Shown one piece after another: positions 1 to 12,246 of a DNA stretch of 64,000 nt. The position numbers were made by a program, and so were the translations under genes. Positions within the stretch are counted from its first letter, which is position 1. Each line of letters opens with the position of its first letter. A model generated the notes under the pieces. It did no database searches. It had not been told where the DNA came from and saw only the letters and a list, made by a program, of their open reading frames with translations. The stretch comes from Laetmonice hystrix (Eukaryota). The stretch lies in NCBI GenBank assembly GCA_965235115.1, contig OZ249436.1, positions 49,166,001-49,230,000 of the forward strand, read 5' to 3'.

Positions 1-3000
1 CCACTTGTCTACGCCCCGGCATACTGATGAATCCGGCGTGAGCTACGGCTACCAAAGACAAAGTGGCCATCGGTATCGCCATCGGCAACCCCCGTTCCTT
101 TGAAATTCTAATCAGGCTACAATGTATATCACCTACTGATGTGTATGATATCAACCACTACGTGTCAAAAAGGAGGCACATAGTTCGCGTAAACACTGAG
201 TTCGCGTAAACATCTACGGTAGTGGCGTACAGCCTACTGTTAAAACCAAACACATTGCTCATTTTTCAGAGAGAGAATCTAGAAGATCTAAAGTACAACC
301 CTACTTCGTGTTTCTGATCTGACCTTTGTCACTTGCTCTGTCAGCTTCCTGCAGTGTAGGCCGTCATTAAACCAATTAATGCAGTCGACGTCCACCCTGC
401 AATTAACTGTGCTCATGTCAGTCTCGTCCATTTTGTAGCTTGTCTTGACAACATAACTCATCTACCTGACCTGGTGTACATTATGGCCTTACCATATTCT
501 ATTTGTATTAACAAAATACTATAGTTCATTAAGCAGAGCTCCCGGTGAAGGTATACTAATCTCAATTTCCAATATTGTCTACTACTTACTGTGTCATTAG
601 GTCCTGGAGAACGTCATCTTTTAGAGGAGGACTTGAGCATGCTATATGTGAGCTTTACATTCTCCTCAGTTTCCATAGGCCTAGATACATAACCTGAGGC
701 GCCACAATTTAAATCAATTATACCACTAAATGATGTATGTGCAGTTGATAGGCTGTTTTCGGATCTCACAGAGCGAGCTCATGTGTGCCATTATCTATTC
801 CGGAAGGCGTGGGTTAATAATCAGGCTCTTCAGGTCCTAACCAGTTAACAAGGTAACCGCCCCCCCCCCCCCCCCCCCGCAGCACTGCCTTGTTAGTTGC
901 CGATTGAAAGATAGAAGGCGGGGGGCGTGGGGTCCAGTGGTGAACTGCGCGCTGCGCAAAGTATGGGTGCAAGCCATTTCTTCAATGAAAAGGGGGGCGT
1001 CCCCCCCACGCTCCCCTGAATCCGCCCCTGGTTAGTAAACAGTATGGGGAGAGCCTGTCTCTCTGTGTTGCAGATCGTAGGGGCTGATCCACTGCTAACA
1101 GCCAGAGTGATAACCCAAGTTAGAACTTAAGAAACTACACGGACAGACGGCATTAGCAGTAGTTGGGCCCAGTCTAAGCAGACCAGTCAGTCAGAAGCGT
1201 TAAGGTGCAATTGGTGAGGGCCGTTTTTACGGAATTCATACAACTTTCAAAGTTATAGGCCTATGTGTTCTAGGGATGTCAATAAGTCTATCTACCAAGA
1301 ATTATAGCCATCCGATTCGTATCCACTGTGTTTGCAGCGATCATTTGAGCTATCGGTCACAACGCATAGCTAATGAGGTGTTGCCGCGCTCACGTCAAAA
1401 CCCATGTCCCGTCGACCCTTGCACCCTAGCCTGGTCCCCTGTGCCAACCATACACATCCGCTATGTTAGGCCAGGTGCTGGCTAACAGAAAGCTGCGAAA
1501 CGGAAGTGATTAAACTCCAAGCACTTCCGCTTCCGTTCCGTTGGTCAGCGTTAACAGAGTGACCGACTTCTGCTTGGAGCGTGGCCGGGAGTGGCCAACA
1601 TGCCAATGCGTAGATCTATGCAGACCGTAGCAGGTGTGGGGACCGATGACGCTATGTTTAGGCCTGCATCCAGAAAAGCGAGGACATTTAACACTGGTAT
1701 TTTAAAGGGATTGACGAAAATATCTGTGTCTTGTTGGAGAAATACGGAGGTTACGGAACTACCTCGTTTGCGTCCATGTTTTCGATGGGCCAATCACAAT
1801 GCTCGCTACGATTAGCCTTGACCAGGCTCAATATACGTAGTCAATATAGAGCTGGGGACCAGGCTACTTGCACCCCCCCCCCCTCCGCTCCAACAAGCCC
1901 CTCGGTTCTGTCGTAGACAGGCCTGAGGTGAAGGCCCTGTGGTCACCGTCGCCGCTGAGATCAAACTTGCCACGATTGCACAACATAGATTTTCTAGGCC
2001 TATACTAGTATACACCAAGATGACTATAGGATAATGAGGTAATTAGTTGGACGCGAATCCGGAACTTTAGGAGTTGACTGAGCCTGAACTGGGCCTGCAT
2101 GGTCATTAACGGCCACTGCAAAAACAGACCTGTTTTGAGAAAGATAGAGTATGATTTTTTTTATATGCATGTGCCTCAAGACCTTTTACGATAAATTTGG
2201 TGCGATATTTCCACTTCTTGATTTTCGCCAATATTTTAGCAATGACAGAGAATACCGCAGGTGAACTCGTAGCGCCGTCTATCGGTAAAGGTGGGTGACT
2301 AACCGGCTGGTGTTTACTGACCGAGGGACAGGGAAATGTTACCGTTAACGAGAGCTTAGGAACTGCATTATTATACTGAGGCAAGACACGGGCGAGTTTC
2401 TTACTCTCAAAGTCTTGAGTTTGGTGAACCCACGGCGGGAGCCTCACATGTATAGGCCTACAACATAGACTACATGTCCATCAAGGGTTAGTGTTGGTAG
2501 TTTATTATAGCGAGGTGTTATTCCTAGGCTTACCGTTCATATCCTTGAACACTGATCACAATGAACAGTGAACACGTAGGCCTATTATTCAGTAGGCCTA
2601 TGACCGATTTCACGGTCAGGCTCTCGTATTGTTCTATGTGGGAAATGACACCCCGTTTTTTAATGTTCTTTAATGTTGTATATTAGCCAGGCTTTGCGGC
2701 AACTGTTCTATTCTATTAGCAAAGTTCTCCAGTCTACTAACCTCCATTGCAGGTCACCTCCAGTCGAGCTAACTGTAACTGAGGCGGTTACCTGCTGACA
2801 GCGTTTCATACCAACCCCCCGTTCTTTCTCTCCCGTCAACCCTGCCAATCTCTATATCCATGTACTCATGACTGTTCACGAGTGTTTTCTTTCAGGTTTG
2901 TGTTAATGTTTATGTACACTTCATGACCACAGCCGTCCTCTTGTTTTGTCGCAAACTCTGCACTGTTGTTCACTATAACGGCACCATTAAAGCTGTGTGC

Positions 3001-6000
3001 GCATTTGTTCCCCCATTAAGAATGTTCGTTGGTCGTGTGACAAATGCACTAGCATGCCAGACAGAATTCACCTGTCGAGGCCATTTCTCCATCTTTCCTA
3101 GTAGGTTGTCATGTAGGAAGATTGAAATGGTCTGATCATTTGGTTTGAAGGTTTCAGTTCCCCAGATTCCCACACAAAAACCGTTACAATTGATACACAA
3201 TTCTTTATGAAACGACCAGTTTATTTAGGTTCCCCTCGTTATTAAACACAGTAACTATTTCCGTTGGTGAATTTACATCTAAAGCGACTAAAAGTAGAAC
3301 TACTACTATCAAGATACACCTGCCTCATATATTGCCGCTGAAATGGAAACCCATGCGTAAAATACATCATCAGTCTGAATAGTGGCACTGTTGGTGACAT
3401 CTGCTCTCGGTATCACAGAATACAATCAGAAACAGTTGAAGAATAGTTCCAGAAATCCTTGAAAGGTCACGATCATTTTATCTATACTTTCCTGCTCAGT
3501 ACTCGCTCTAAACCAGTCCCGTGTTATTGAATCGTCTCTTTTCAGTGTAGATTGCATGTCTGCTACAGAGAAATGGGCACGTAGGGGGTACCTGGACTAG
3601 TGTAGATTAGTCTGGGTATATATAGTAACCTTAAAGCAGAACAGTGTATCGGAAAAGTTCTGCCCCGTGGTCACCTACTCCAGAGTGATGACGTCATGAT
3701 TGTTTCCTTGCAGCTTTAGGTATAGCTCCTCGACCATTTCTAACATCTCTCAGGGTAGAATCAAATTGTACTGAGCTTCTTTATATACATTTTATATACT
3801 TGCCCAATATATTAAAGTTTTTAATCGTCCCCTCCCCATGTGCCCTATTAGCAAGTCAAAGTATAATGTATGTAGACAGAAAATCTCTCGCAAAGTATCT
3901 GTTCTGTGACATTCATCGCTTCATGATACGAGAAAATTCAAAAGATATAAATCTAAGATTTATGATATCATGTTTGATAACAGTTTTCGAATTTAAAAAA
4001 AATATCTCTGCCATGGATAATATTATTACTTCGGTGAGTCTGGCTGGGTTGAAGATTGCATTCAATGAAAAATGGGCTTTTATGTTTACCCACTCGATAA
4101 AAATATTGGATAATCGTGACTTGCTATTATTATCCTCATTATTACTGACAGGCGAGCATTACTGGCCGCCACAACAACTCATTATATGTTACAACCTGAT
4201 AAGATTGTTCTATTTATTCTGGATCTTGTTCCTTTCTATCTTGGTGTATCCAGGAGGTACGTTATTTCATATAAACTCCTAGTCCATTTAGAGACCAACA
4301 GCTAAGAGTCAGATACTAAATATGCTTTTATTCTCTTTACTGTCTTTTGTTTCCTAGAGCCTTATATTACAGTTTTGTTCATTTGTCTAAAATGGAGCGT
4401 TTCGACTGTTATTCTAGTTTGAGTTTGAGTCGTGTAACCTGTCCCATTCGAACACTGTTTGAGTTGTAATAATAGGCATACGTCTGAACACCAGTACCTA
4501 GTGAAAGCATGGCACTGTTTATTCGGTATGTGTTCATCCAAATCCCAACTCGATTTCTGGCTTATGCTGACAATCAATACAATTACAAGTACCAAACTTA
4601 ATGTTCTAATACATACATACAACGGGACTTTGTTACAGTAAGCCCGTAGGGCCGTCAGATTCCATATCGAGGCACTTGCTTTGAGACGGAAGACAAAATA
4701 TTGACATGTATATATATCAAATATATATGTGTACTTTGCAGAGGTGCCCATAGCTTTCAGTGAGACTGTTCCTGTGTATTTCACCCAACCATGTTTCTGT
4801 CATCCTTTTGTGATCATGTTGCGCGCTTCAGAGCTGCTCTTTAATTGTGCGTAGTCCTGTGAAATCGGCGGTTCTACGTCCTGATATAGAGCTATTATAA
4901 CACCAGTGCTGAATGGTGACTATTTGCCTCATGTATTGGTAGTCCTTCAACTGTAGTTGTGTGACGAAATAGTGAAAGTGTCATGTGAACGTTTTGTCTT
5001 TCCTGCAGACATTTTGGTTGGATAGCGGCATGTTCTTAAGATGTTGGACAGCTAGAAACAAACCAATGAAAGAGTCATGGTAACGGAGTACTAGTACTAG
5101 TACTCTGTTGGTAAGATGTTCCTTTCCTCCTTAAAATGGCCTGTCACCAAATCCTACAAATAACGAGTAATTTCTCCCTACTGCAGATAGCATATCGTAT
5201 GGTTGATCTTATCTAATAATCCACCATGTACTGAGGCCTATGTAAAAGGTTTACTATAATTGTTGACCGGCTTACTCGTTGGTCTACGTTTTCAGTCATT
5301 CTGTATGATTTATCGTTTTCATAATGAAAAGATAAAAGAAGAAATAAGCCCCCAGTAGCTGTCGAAGTGTCAAGTACTTTTATCATCCTCAGCCCCAGGA
5401 AAGTGCAGATATTATAGCGTTACGGGTCCTTCTACCAATGAATTCTCCTTGTGTGCAAGTATAGAGTGTTCGTCCATAATATACCTTTACATAAGTAAGA
5501 TCAGAAATTTAAAAAGTACATTTTCATGGACATTCGGTCAATTCAATGTGTGGAGTGATATTCTGAAATGCTTTAAACTTTTAAACCAGTCCGAGTAAGA
5601 TTATCTGTGAAAGAAGACGCCAAAACCTTTATAAAGCAGTTCTAGCGCTCGTATTAATAATATATCAGAACGTATGAATGTAACTCATCATTTTGTTTTG
5701 GTAATAAAGGTAGTAACTGTTATATTAGAAATGAGCATCACATTGTGAGAGACAACTCTTTGATCTGGATTCACAACATGTGTTGAGTTCACTAGGTTTA
5801 AATGTATATCGAGCGCTTTTATAGGTAGTATGGTAGACAGCATGGCTTCATTATGTGTCGTGTAAATTGCAGTACCGAAGTAAATAGGGCTTTCCTTAAC
5901 TTGTATTTTCATAGCTAGTTCTAGCCCTTTGTGCCTTTTATACGGCTAGATGATCTGATAGAAATATACAGTGACCATTTCGTCGCAACAGCAGTCGGAG

Positions 6001-6708
6001 TCGAGCTGAGCTGATCATGTTATATTTGGTAGAGCATAGATGATTTCGACCGCTCGTCAGAATATGTAAGCTAATTTGAAAAACCCCTGGACCTTCATAT
6101 CTGAAAGTGTATTATGACCACCAATGGGGGAAAGGCGATGGATAGCCGTCGTGTTGAGAATTGACATAGGCGCAGATCACTCAGTTGCACGTACTGTCAG
6201 GATAAAAAGTGCTTTATCCTTTAAGCCATTGGTAACCTGAGCTGTACGTCTGACACCAGCGACATCTATTGCAGATTTCCGGTACTAGTTACTTCGATCC
6301 CTGCCGTGCACATGGTTGCTTTTCTCTTTATTTTGTGCTCAACAAAAGAGCTCTTCTGTTAGTCTTTTGAACACGGGCTTTCCCTTTAATCCAGAGGAAC
6401 ATGTTGCTATACGTATTATCATAGTGCTCAAAAATCTGACTTACTTTGAAGCATATCAATTGTCACTATGATTTACTTTTTTTATGTATACATAACCACT
6501 CATCAAATCATTCCCCATCCAATCATGCCTTCATTCACTGCAAACTAGATTATTTGTGCTCAGTGATTTTTGTTCGTTCGCGTTGATGCAAAGCGCTCTT
6601 TTCTCTGACCGACGCTTTAATTAGACCTGTTTACATGGTAACCCTGTTAAGGAGTGTGGATTTGTTGTTGAGTCTTCATGGTGGTTGTGTTGGTCGCTAT
6701 GCTTGCAG

Positions 6709-6902
6709 GGGACCTTTTCGACATGCTGCTCCCTATGCTCGGGATCTACCAAGAGTATGTCCGTAACCACCACTACAGTCTGCAAGTTCTGGCCGAATGT
6801 AAGCAGAGGGTGGAGTTTAACCACCTCTTGAGACGATATGAGGAGAAGAGCATTTGTGAGGGACGCTCGTTGGAGACGTTTCTGACTTACCCTATGCACC
6901 AG
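6709..6902 (+). CDS. RASGRF: RasGRF exon A, DH domain ([23 protein letters not shown]...[11 protein letters not shown]), phase 1 to 0
   Basis: ttgcag| acceptor at 6707-6708; CAG|gtagcc donor; DH motif LETFLTYPM. Confidence 0.95.
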
Positions 6903-7017
6903 GTAGCCTACCAACAACCAAATCCCTTTGATAAAGACAAAGGAGAAAGGCATTATTCTAAGTACTAAGATACATTCTTGAAAATCTTGTAACAAAATTT
7001 TAGATAGGGACGAGTGT

Positions 7018-7165
7018 GACCAGCAGTCGTAGTGATCGAATTGAACACTAGATTGCAGATAGGGACTGACCAGCAGTCGTAGTGATCGAATTGAACACTA
7101 GATGGCAGATAGGGACTGACCAGCAGTCGTAGTGATCGAATTGAACACTAGATGGCAGATAGGGT
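7018..7165 (+). repeat. 50-bp tandem repeat, ~3 copies, each with a CTCF-like core
   Basis: gaccagcagtcgtagtgatcgaattgaacactagatggcagatagggact starts at 7018, 7068 and 7118. Confidence 0.9.
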
Positions 7166-7378
7166 ACTGGTTGTTTCCTTACTCAACCAGTACCCAAGGC
7201 GAGGCCCTAGCGGAGAAAGGTGAAACCAACCAGTCGAGACCAGCTCTAACACCTGTAGGGAATATCAAGAGGGACCAGGGCCCCAGGGGGACAAATGTTG
7301 AGTTTTCAGGGGGAGGTACGGTGGGCCGTCCGTCTTTATCTGCCTTTATTAACTGAGTCAGGTGATTTCATTCAACAG

Positions 7379-7489
7379 ATACCTCGATACATCATCACAA
7401 TCCACGAGTTGCTTGCCCATACTCCACACGATCATGTGGAACGAAGAAGCCTGGAATTTGCTCAAAGTAAACTGGAAGAACTCTCACAG
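7379..7489 (+). CDS. RASGRF: RasGRF exon B, DH end ([37 protein letters not shown]), phase 0 to 0
   Basis: ttcaacag| acceptor; CAG|gtagga donor; 111 nt. Confidence 0.96.
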
Positions 7490-8125
7490 GTAGGATACTC
7501 TAGGTCAGGTGTCTCTCCGCTAGCGTGTTGGTGACAATGTACCCCGGACACACCTGAGCAGATAATGAAATTCATCGGACAATGAAACAATAACTGTCAT
7601 TGGCTGTTCAAGTCCATGTCAGGTCAATGATTGCCATATTGTCAACAACCTGCCAAAAGACGATAGCTTCATAGCGCACGTTCAATATCGTTAGATTTCT
7701 GTGGCTATACATTTATTTATTTATGTAGTCTAAGGCCTTATCTAACCTAACAGCCCATGTCTGCATTTTGGAGTCATTGAACTAAGAGGTAATCGTGAAT
7801 GCTTTAATCTATGTCGTAACAGGTCAGGAAATGGAACCCGAAACGATGGCCTTTTCTAGTATACTACTTATCATACGTTTTCTAGTATACTACTTATCAT
7901 ACGTTTACTTTCTCGACTTTACCTCCTCTGTCCCTAACAGTCACTTTCGGCCATCATATTTTAAAAGTACCTCTTTCTTTTTCTCGAACCCCGAATAAAA
8001 TAAGTCATAGCAATAATACAATATCGGTCTTCAATACTTTATATAGAATTAGTATTTACAAATTGACACTACGACTAGATTAATGTGACCGTGATATGAT
8101 AATAATATTATTTCTGTGGTCTCAG

Positions 8126-8243
8126 ATTATGCAGGACGAGGTCAGTGAGACGGAGAACATCCGTAAGAACCTGGCTATTGAACGGATGATTGTTGAGGGC
8201 TGTGACATTCTGCTGGACGTCAATCAAACATTCGTCAGGCAAG
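8126..8243 (+). CDS. RASGRF: RasGRF exon C ([40 protein letters not shown]), phase 0 to 1
   Basis: ggtctcag| acceptor; AAG|gtaaga donor; 118 nt; near-invariant RasGRF motif. Confidence 0.97.
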
Positions 8244-8547
8244 GTAAGAATCGGTCGGCATGCTAACACACAACAGTTCTCGATGTAATAATGTCTTCGA
8301 TATACTTGCACTCAGAATTATAGAACAGGAAGCAATGAAACATCAAGTTAGTGATATATCTTCAAAATTCAAATTCGGAAAGTTTCAATTGTCAAAAGTA
8401 CACCGTGAGCTTTTTTTTCTAAAGTACCCTTTACTCTGGACGGTTTCTTCTTCTTGTTGCTATTTTCTAAATTTAAAGCCTAGTTAATAAAAAAAAAATG
8501 GCCAGATTGTATTTATAATTAAATCCAAGCTATTTATTCGGTATCAG

Positions 8548-8720
8548 GAACGCTGATCCAGGTAATAAACGACAAACCTAAGAGTGGATCCCGACGTCTG
8601 GGTTCGATTACGTCATCATTCAAGGAGTCGCGGAAGGAAACAGTGCGTCAAGTGTTTTTATTCACGAATCACATGTTACTGACGACCCGGGCGTCTAACG
8701 GTCGGCTTCACCTCACCAAG
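8548..8720 (+). CDS. RASGRF: RasGRF exon D, PH2 N-half (TLIQVINDKPK...RQVFLFTNHMLLTTRASNGRLHLTK), phase 1 to 0
   Basis: gtatcag| acceptor; AAG|gtaagc donor; 173 nt. Confidence 0.94.
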
Positions 8721-8917
8721 GTAAGCTGTAAACTATAACGTAACAGATGGTGTCAGGGGCCGAGCCAGGATTCATTTCTTTTTGATTTTCAGACCCCCGC
8801 CCTGACAATAGCATGCATGATCACATTGAAATTTTGATGGCGGGGAGGGGGATGCCATTGTACTTATATAAATTATGGAAACCCCCATGAGACCAATTAT
8901 TCTGGCTACAGTCCTGG

Positions 8918-9123
8918 CAGTGGCGTAGCTACAAAATTTACCGAGGGGGCAAAGATATGAGATTTCACTGAAAGCCGTTATGAACACATCTGTAAATTAA
9001 GGCGATATACAATTAGGCTTTTGGCATATATTGCAGATTTTCATGAGAAATTTCCCCAAACATTCTAACAATAGTTCCGGGAGGGCAGTTTGGTGACCCC
9101 CCCCCCCCGTAGTTACGCCACTG
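8918..9123. mobile_element. hAT-like MITE
   Basis: TIRs cagtggcgtagctac / gtagttacgccactg; flanks agtcctgg / gctcctgg (degenerate 8-bp TSD); internal poly-C. Confidence 0.7.
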
Positions 9124-10989
9124 GCTCCTGGGTGAGCAAGTTATCTGTTTGGAGGCTTAGTTCATAATGTGTCTCCCGTGACAGAATAGTCCCAAGGGTC
9201 GGTCGATTTGTTTGTCTTTTTAAGATTTCTTTGCTTTTTAAATATTTGAAAATTAATATTTAATGCTTATATTTTTCTGGGGGAAATTTTCCTGTTAAAC
9301 TTGCTTGTGTATACGGTAACGTTCAGCGTTGGAAATGCTATGTTGGTTGGGTGATGGTGATATCAATTTCAGAGATAGAAACAATTTAGATCTATAGAAA
9401 TGGTTATAATCTACCTAAAGCCTGTCTTGATTAACTTATGAATACATACTTAATCTGTATTCATTCTTTGCTTTCTTTCACAAATTGTGAGAAATCTTTT
9501 TTCTGTGCAAGTTTAAGTTTTTGTGTTTTGGCTGGCTGTCCGTAAAATGTTTGTATTACAACGTCTTGTCTGAAACTACCTCTCAACACCAGGTGGCGGG
9601 TTGGTACAGCTCTTAGTTCATAAACTAACCGCTAGAGAGCGCCAGCCACAGTGTTCGTTTCCTTGTTGCGCCATGATCTTTCTTTCATCAATCGACCAGG
9701 TCCTGGTACTCCCCGCATTAATCTGAACTTTTCCTAAAAGTAAAGTTCGTATTAACCTACGTGAGGTTGTCCCCATCCTTGTTCTGGAGCCTATCAGCAT
9801 GTTCGATTCTTCTCCATCAATTATGTTTTTACCCTGTATAATTTATGTCAATTACAATCCATTCCAAAGCCACAGCCTGTGAGGGTATGTAACAGACGAA
9901 TGAATACCTGTCGTGATATTCCCAGTCACATTTTAAGTTTAGTTTCAAATCATTGTTGATTTTGGATTATACTTTTGATCTGCCTATAATCCCAGTGTAT
10001 CTTAATGTATTTTAACATTATATCTTTTTTTAAAACATGCTTTTGTCACAGTTAATGTGAGAAGTTATTCAAGTACTATTATCAATGATGATAATAATCA
10101 TGATTCCGTTCATGGATGTAAACCTCATTGCTGTCGACCAAAATCAGTAGTGCATATTAGATGGTCTAATGACAGCAAAGAGGAATCTTCCTGGCTCCTG
10201 AAGATTTTCAAACACTAAACATGAATGTGGATTGGGAACATGCGATTGGATCTGTAGTCAGACTGCATGGCTTGAATATACACCAAACCACTCTTCACTA
10301 ATGAATTATATTCCACATACCCTATCAGTATTTATTTTAACCGTATCTTTTCATTTATCCGTACTACATCTGCCTTCTTGATTTCTGCCTAAAGAGACTG
10401 TAAGAGGCTGTAGGTCTGCCCAGTTCCGACAAGGGCGCACATAAGATGCAAATAATGCACATATCCTGGAGCAAGCAGCAGGATCATGGTCACGCATGCC
10501 CTACTCATTGTATAAAATGTGTTCATGAAACCTCATGTAACACCATTCAATATTGCATGATGCACATTGTCGCAATCATAATATTACATATCATTATCAA
10601 CTTATATTAGTATGACTATATATCTTCCTTATAACTCTGTGAAATGACTTTATTCACCCATAAACGAGTCTTGTTGTTGTATCATATAAGTATGTGTGTG
10701 TTTGGATCAGAGATAGACTGGCGATATTGCTTGTTTCTCATCCAGAATGCTACATAAGTCAAATGTTTGGTTCTCCCTGAAGGCGTGCAAAGTTGCGTTC
10801 GAATAACTTTTAATATAATATGTCATTAGGCCATGACGAATTTGATTATCGAATGAAGGTTATTATTAGGACATCGTGCCCTTATTTGATACAGGTGATG
10901 GTAATATTAGTGGGCAGAGAAGATTGAGCATCAAATGAAAGGAGATTTATTAGTGACTCACGATTCTGGAAGGCTGTCTACTACCGTCT

Positions 10990-11990
10990 ACCTACTTCTG
11001 GACACCATTGACTACCATTTTACTTACCTCTGTACTCTCTTTGACTTACCTCTGTATCCTCTTTTACTAACCTCTGTGCCCTTTTTACTTACCTCAATCA
11101 CTTTTACTACCTTTTTACTTACCTCTATACTGTACCCTCTTTTAGTTACCTCTGAATCACTACCTTCACTACCTCTTTAACTTTTTTACTTACCTCTGTA
11201 CCTTTTTTTACCTCCGTACCCGCCTTTACCTTCCACTGTACCCTGTTTTACTTACCTCTGTACCGTATTTTTACTCACCTATGCACCCTGTTTTACTTAC
11301 CTCTGTACCGTATTTACTTACCTCTGTACCCTGTTTTACTTACCTCTGTACCGTCTATTACTTACCTCTGTACCGTCTATTACTTACCTCTGTACCCTGT
11401 TTTACTTACCTTTGTACCGTCTTTGACTTACCTCTACCGTCTTTGACTTACCTGTGTACCGTCTTTTACTTACCTCTGTACCGTCTTTTACTTACCTCTC
11501 TACCGTCTTTTACTTACCTCTGTACCGTCTTTTACTTACCTCTGTACCGTCTTTTACTTACCTCTGTACCGTCTTTTACATACCTCTGTACCGTCTTTTA
11601 CTTACCTCTGTACCGTCTTTTACTTACCTCTGTACCGTCTTTTACATACCTCTGTACCGTCTTTTACTTACCTCTGTACCGTCTTTTACTTACCTCTGTA
11701 CCCTGTTTTACTTACCTCTGTACCGTCTTTTACTTACCTCTGTACCGTCTTTTACTTACCTCTGTACCCTGTTTTACTTACCTCTGTACCGTCTTTTACT
11801 TACCTCTGTACCCTGTTTTATTTACCTTTGTACCGTCTTTGACTTACCTCTGTACCCTGTTTTATTTACCTTTGTACCGTCTTTGACTTACCTCTGTACC
11901 GTCTTTTACTTAGCTCTGTACCGTCTACCTCTGTACCGTCTTTTACTTACCTCTGAATCACCGTCACTACATTTCTACTTACCTCAGAGA
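10990..11990 (+). repeat. 22-bp pyrimidine-rich minisatellite (ttttacttacctctgtaccgtc), ~40 units
   Basis: Direct inspection; degenerate at the left, homogeneous from ~11280. Overlapping ORFs are repeat artefacts. Confidence 0.96.
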
Positions 11991-12246
11991 CAGTATTCCA
12001 TGAGTAGTATATGGAAAGTTTAACCATTGTGCAGGCACGGATGATGATTTACCGCGGCTTGTTCCCCATCCGCCATTCTTGGACAGACACTTCAATCTGA
12101 TCCCATTGCAGTTAAAAAACGGGTATACCCCCAACAGTCAGGGTCTTCAATGACAGGGTGAGGGATCGAGATAGGTTTTGTGGAAGGCCTGGAGACCAAG
12201 TTTAGGGCGGTAGTCCTGGGTTCAGGCTTAGGAATAGTTATATTGC

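Noticed and set aside
1276-1485. THAP-like motifs (VCSDHL ... PVPTI)
   Set aside because: The N-terminal Cys, Phe-Pro and Trp residues are absent and the spacing is off; at most a decayed remnant.
2735-2800. TACTAAC branch point with a TGCAG acceptor at 2752
   Set aside because: All three frames stop within 15 codons and no good donor follows.
3800-4784. 160-aa and 140-aa AT-rich ORFs
   Set aside because: No recognisable motif or splice support; composition is typical of intronic or MITE sequence.
1-6708. Upstream RasGRF exons (PH1, IQ, early DH)
   Set aside because: No segment encoding the expected FLH.IF..GL..R...WP.L motif with a phase-1 donor was found; these exons probably lie outside the window.
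10935-12023. Long Leu/Tyr-rich ORFs (201 and 189 aa)
   Set aside because: Translations of the 22-bp minisatellite.
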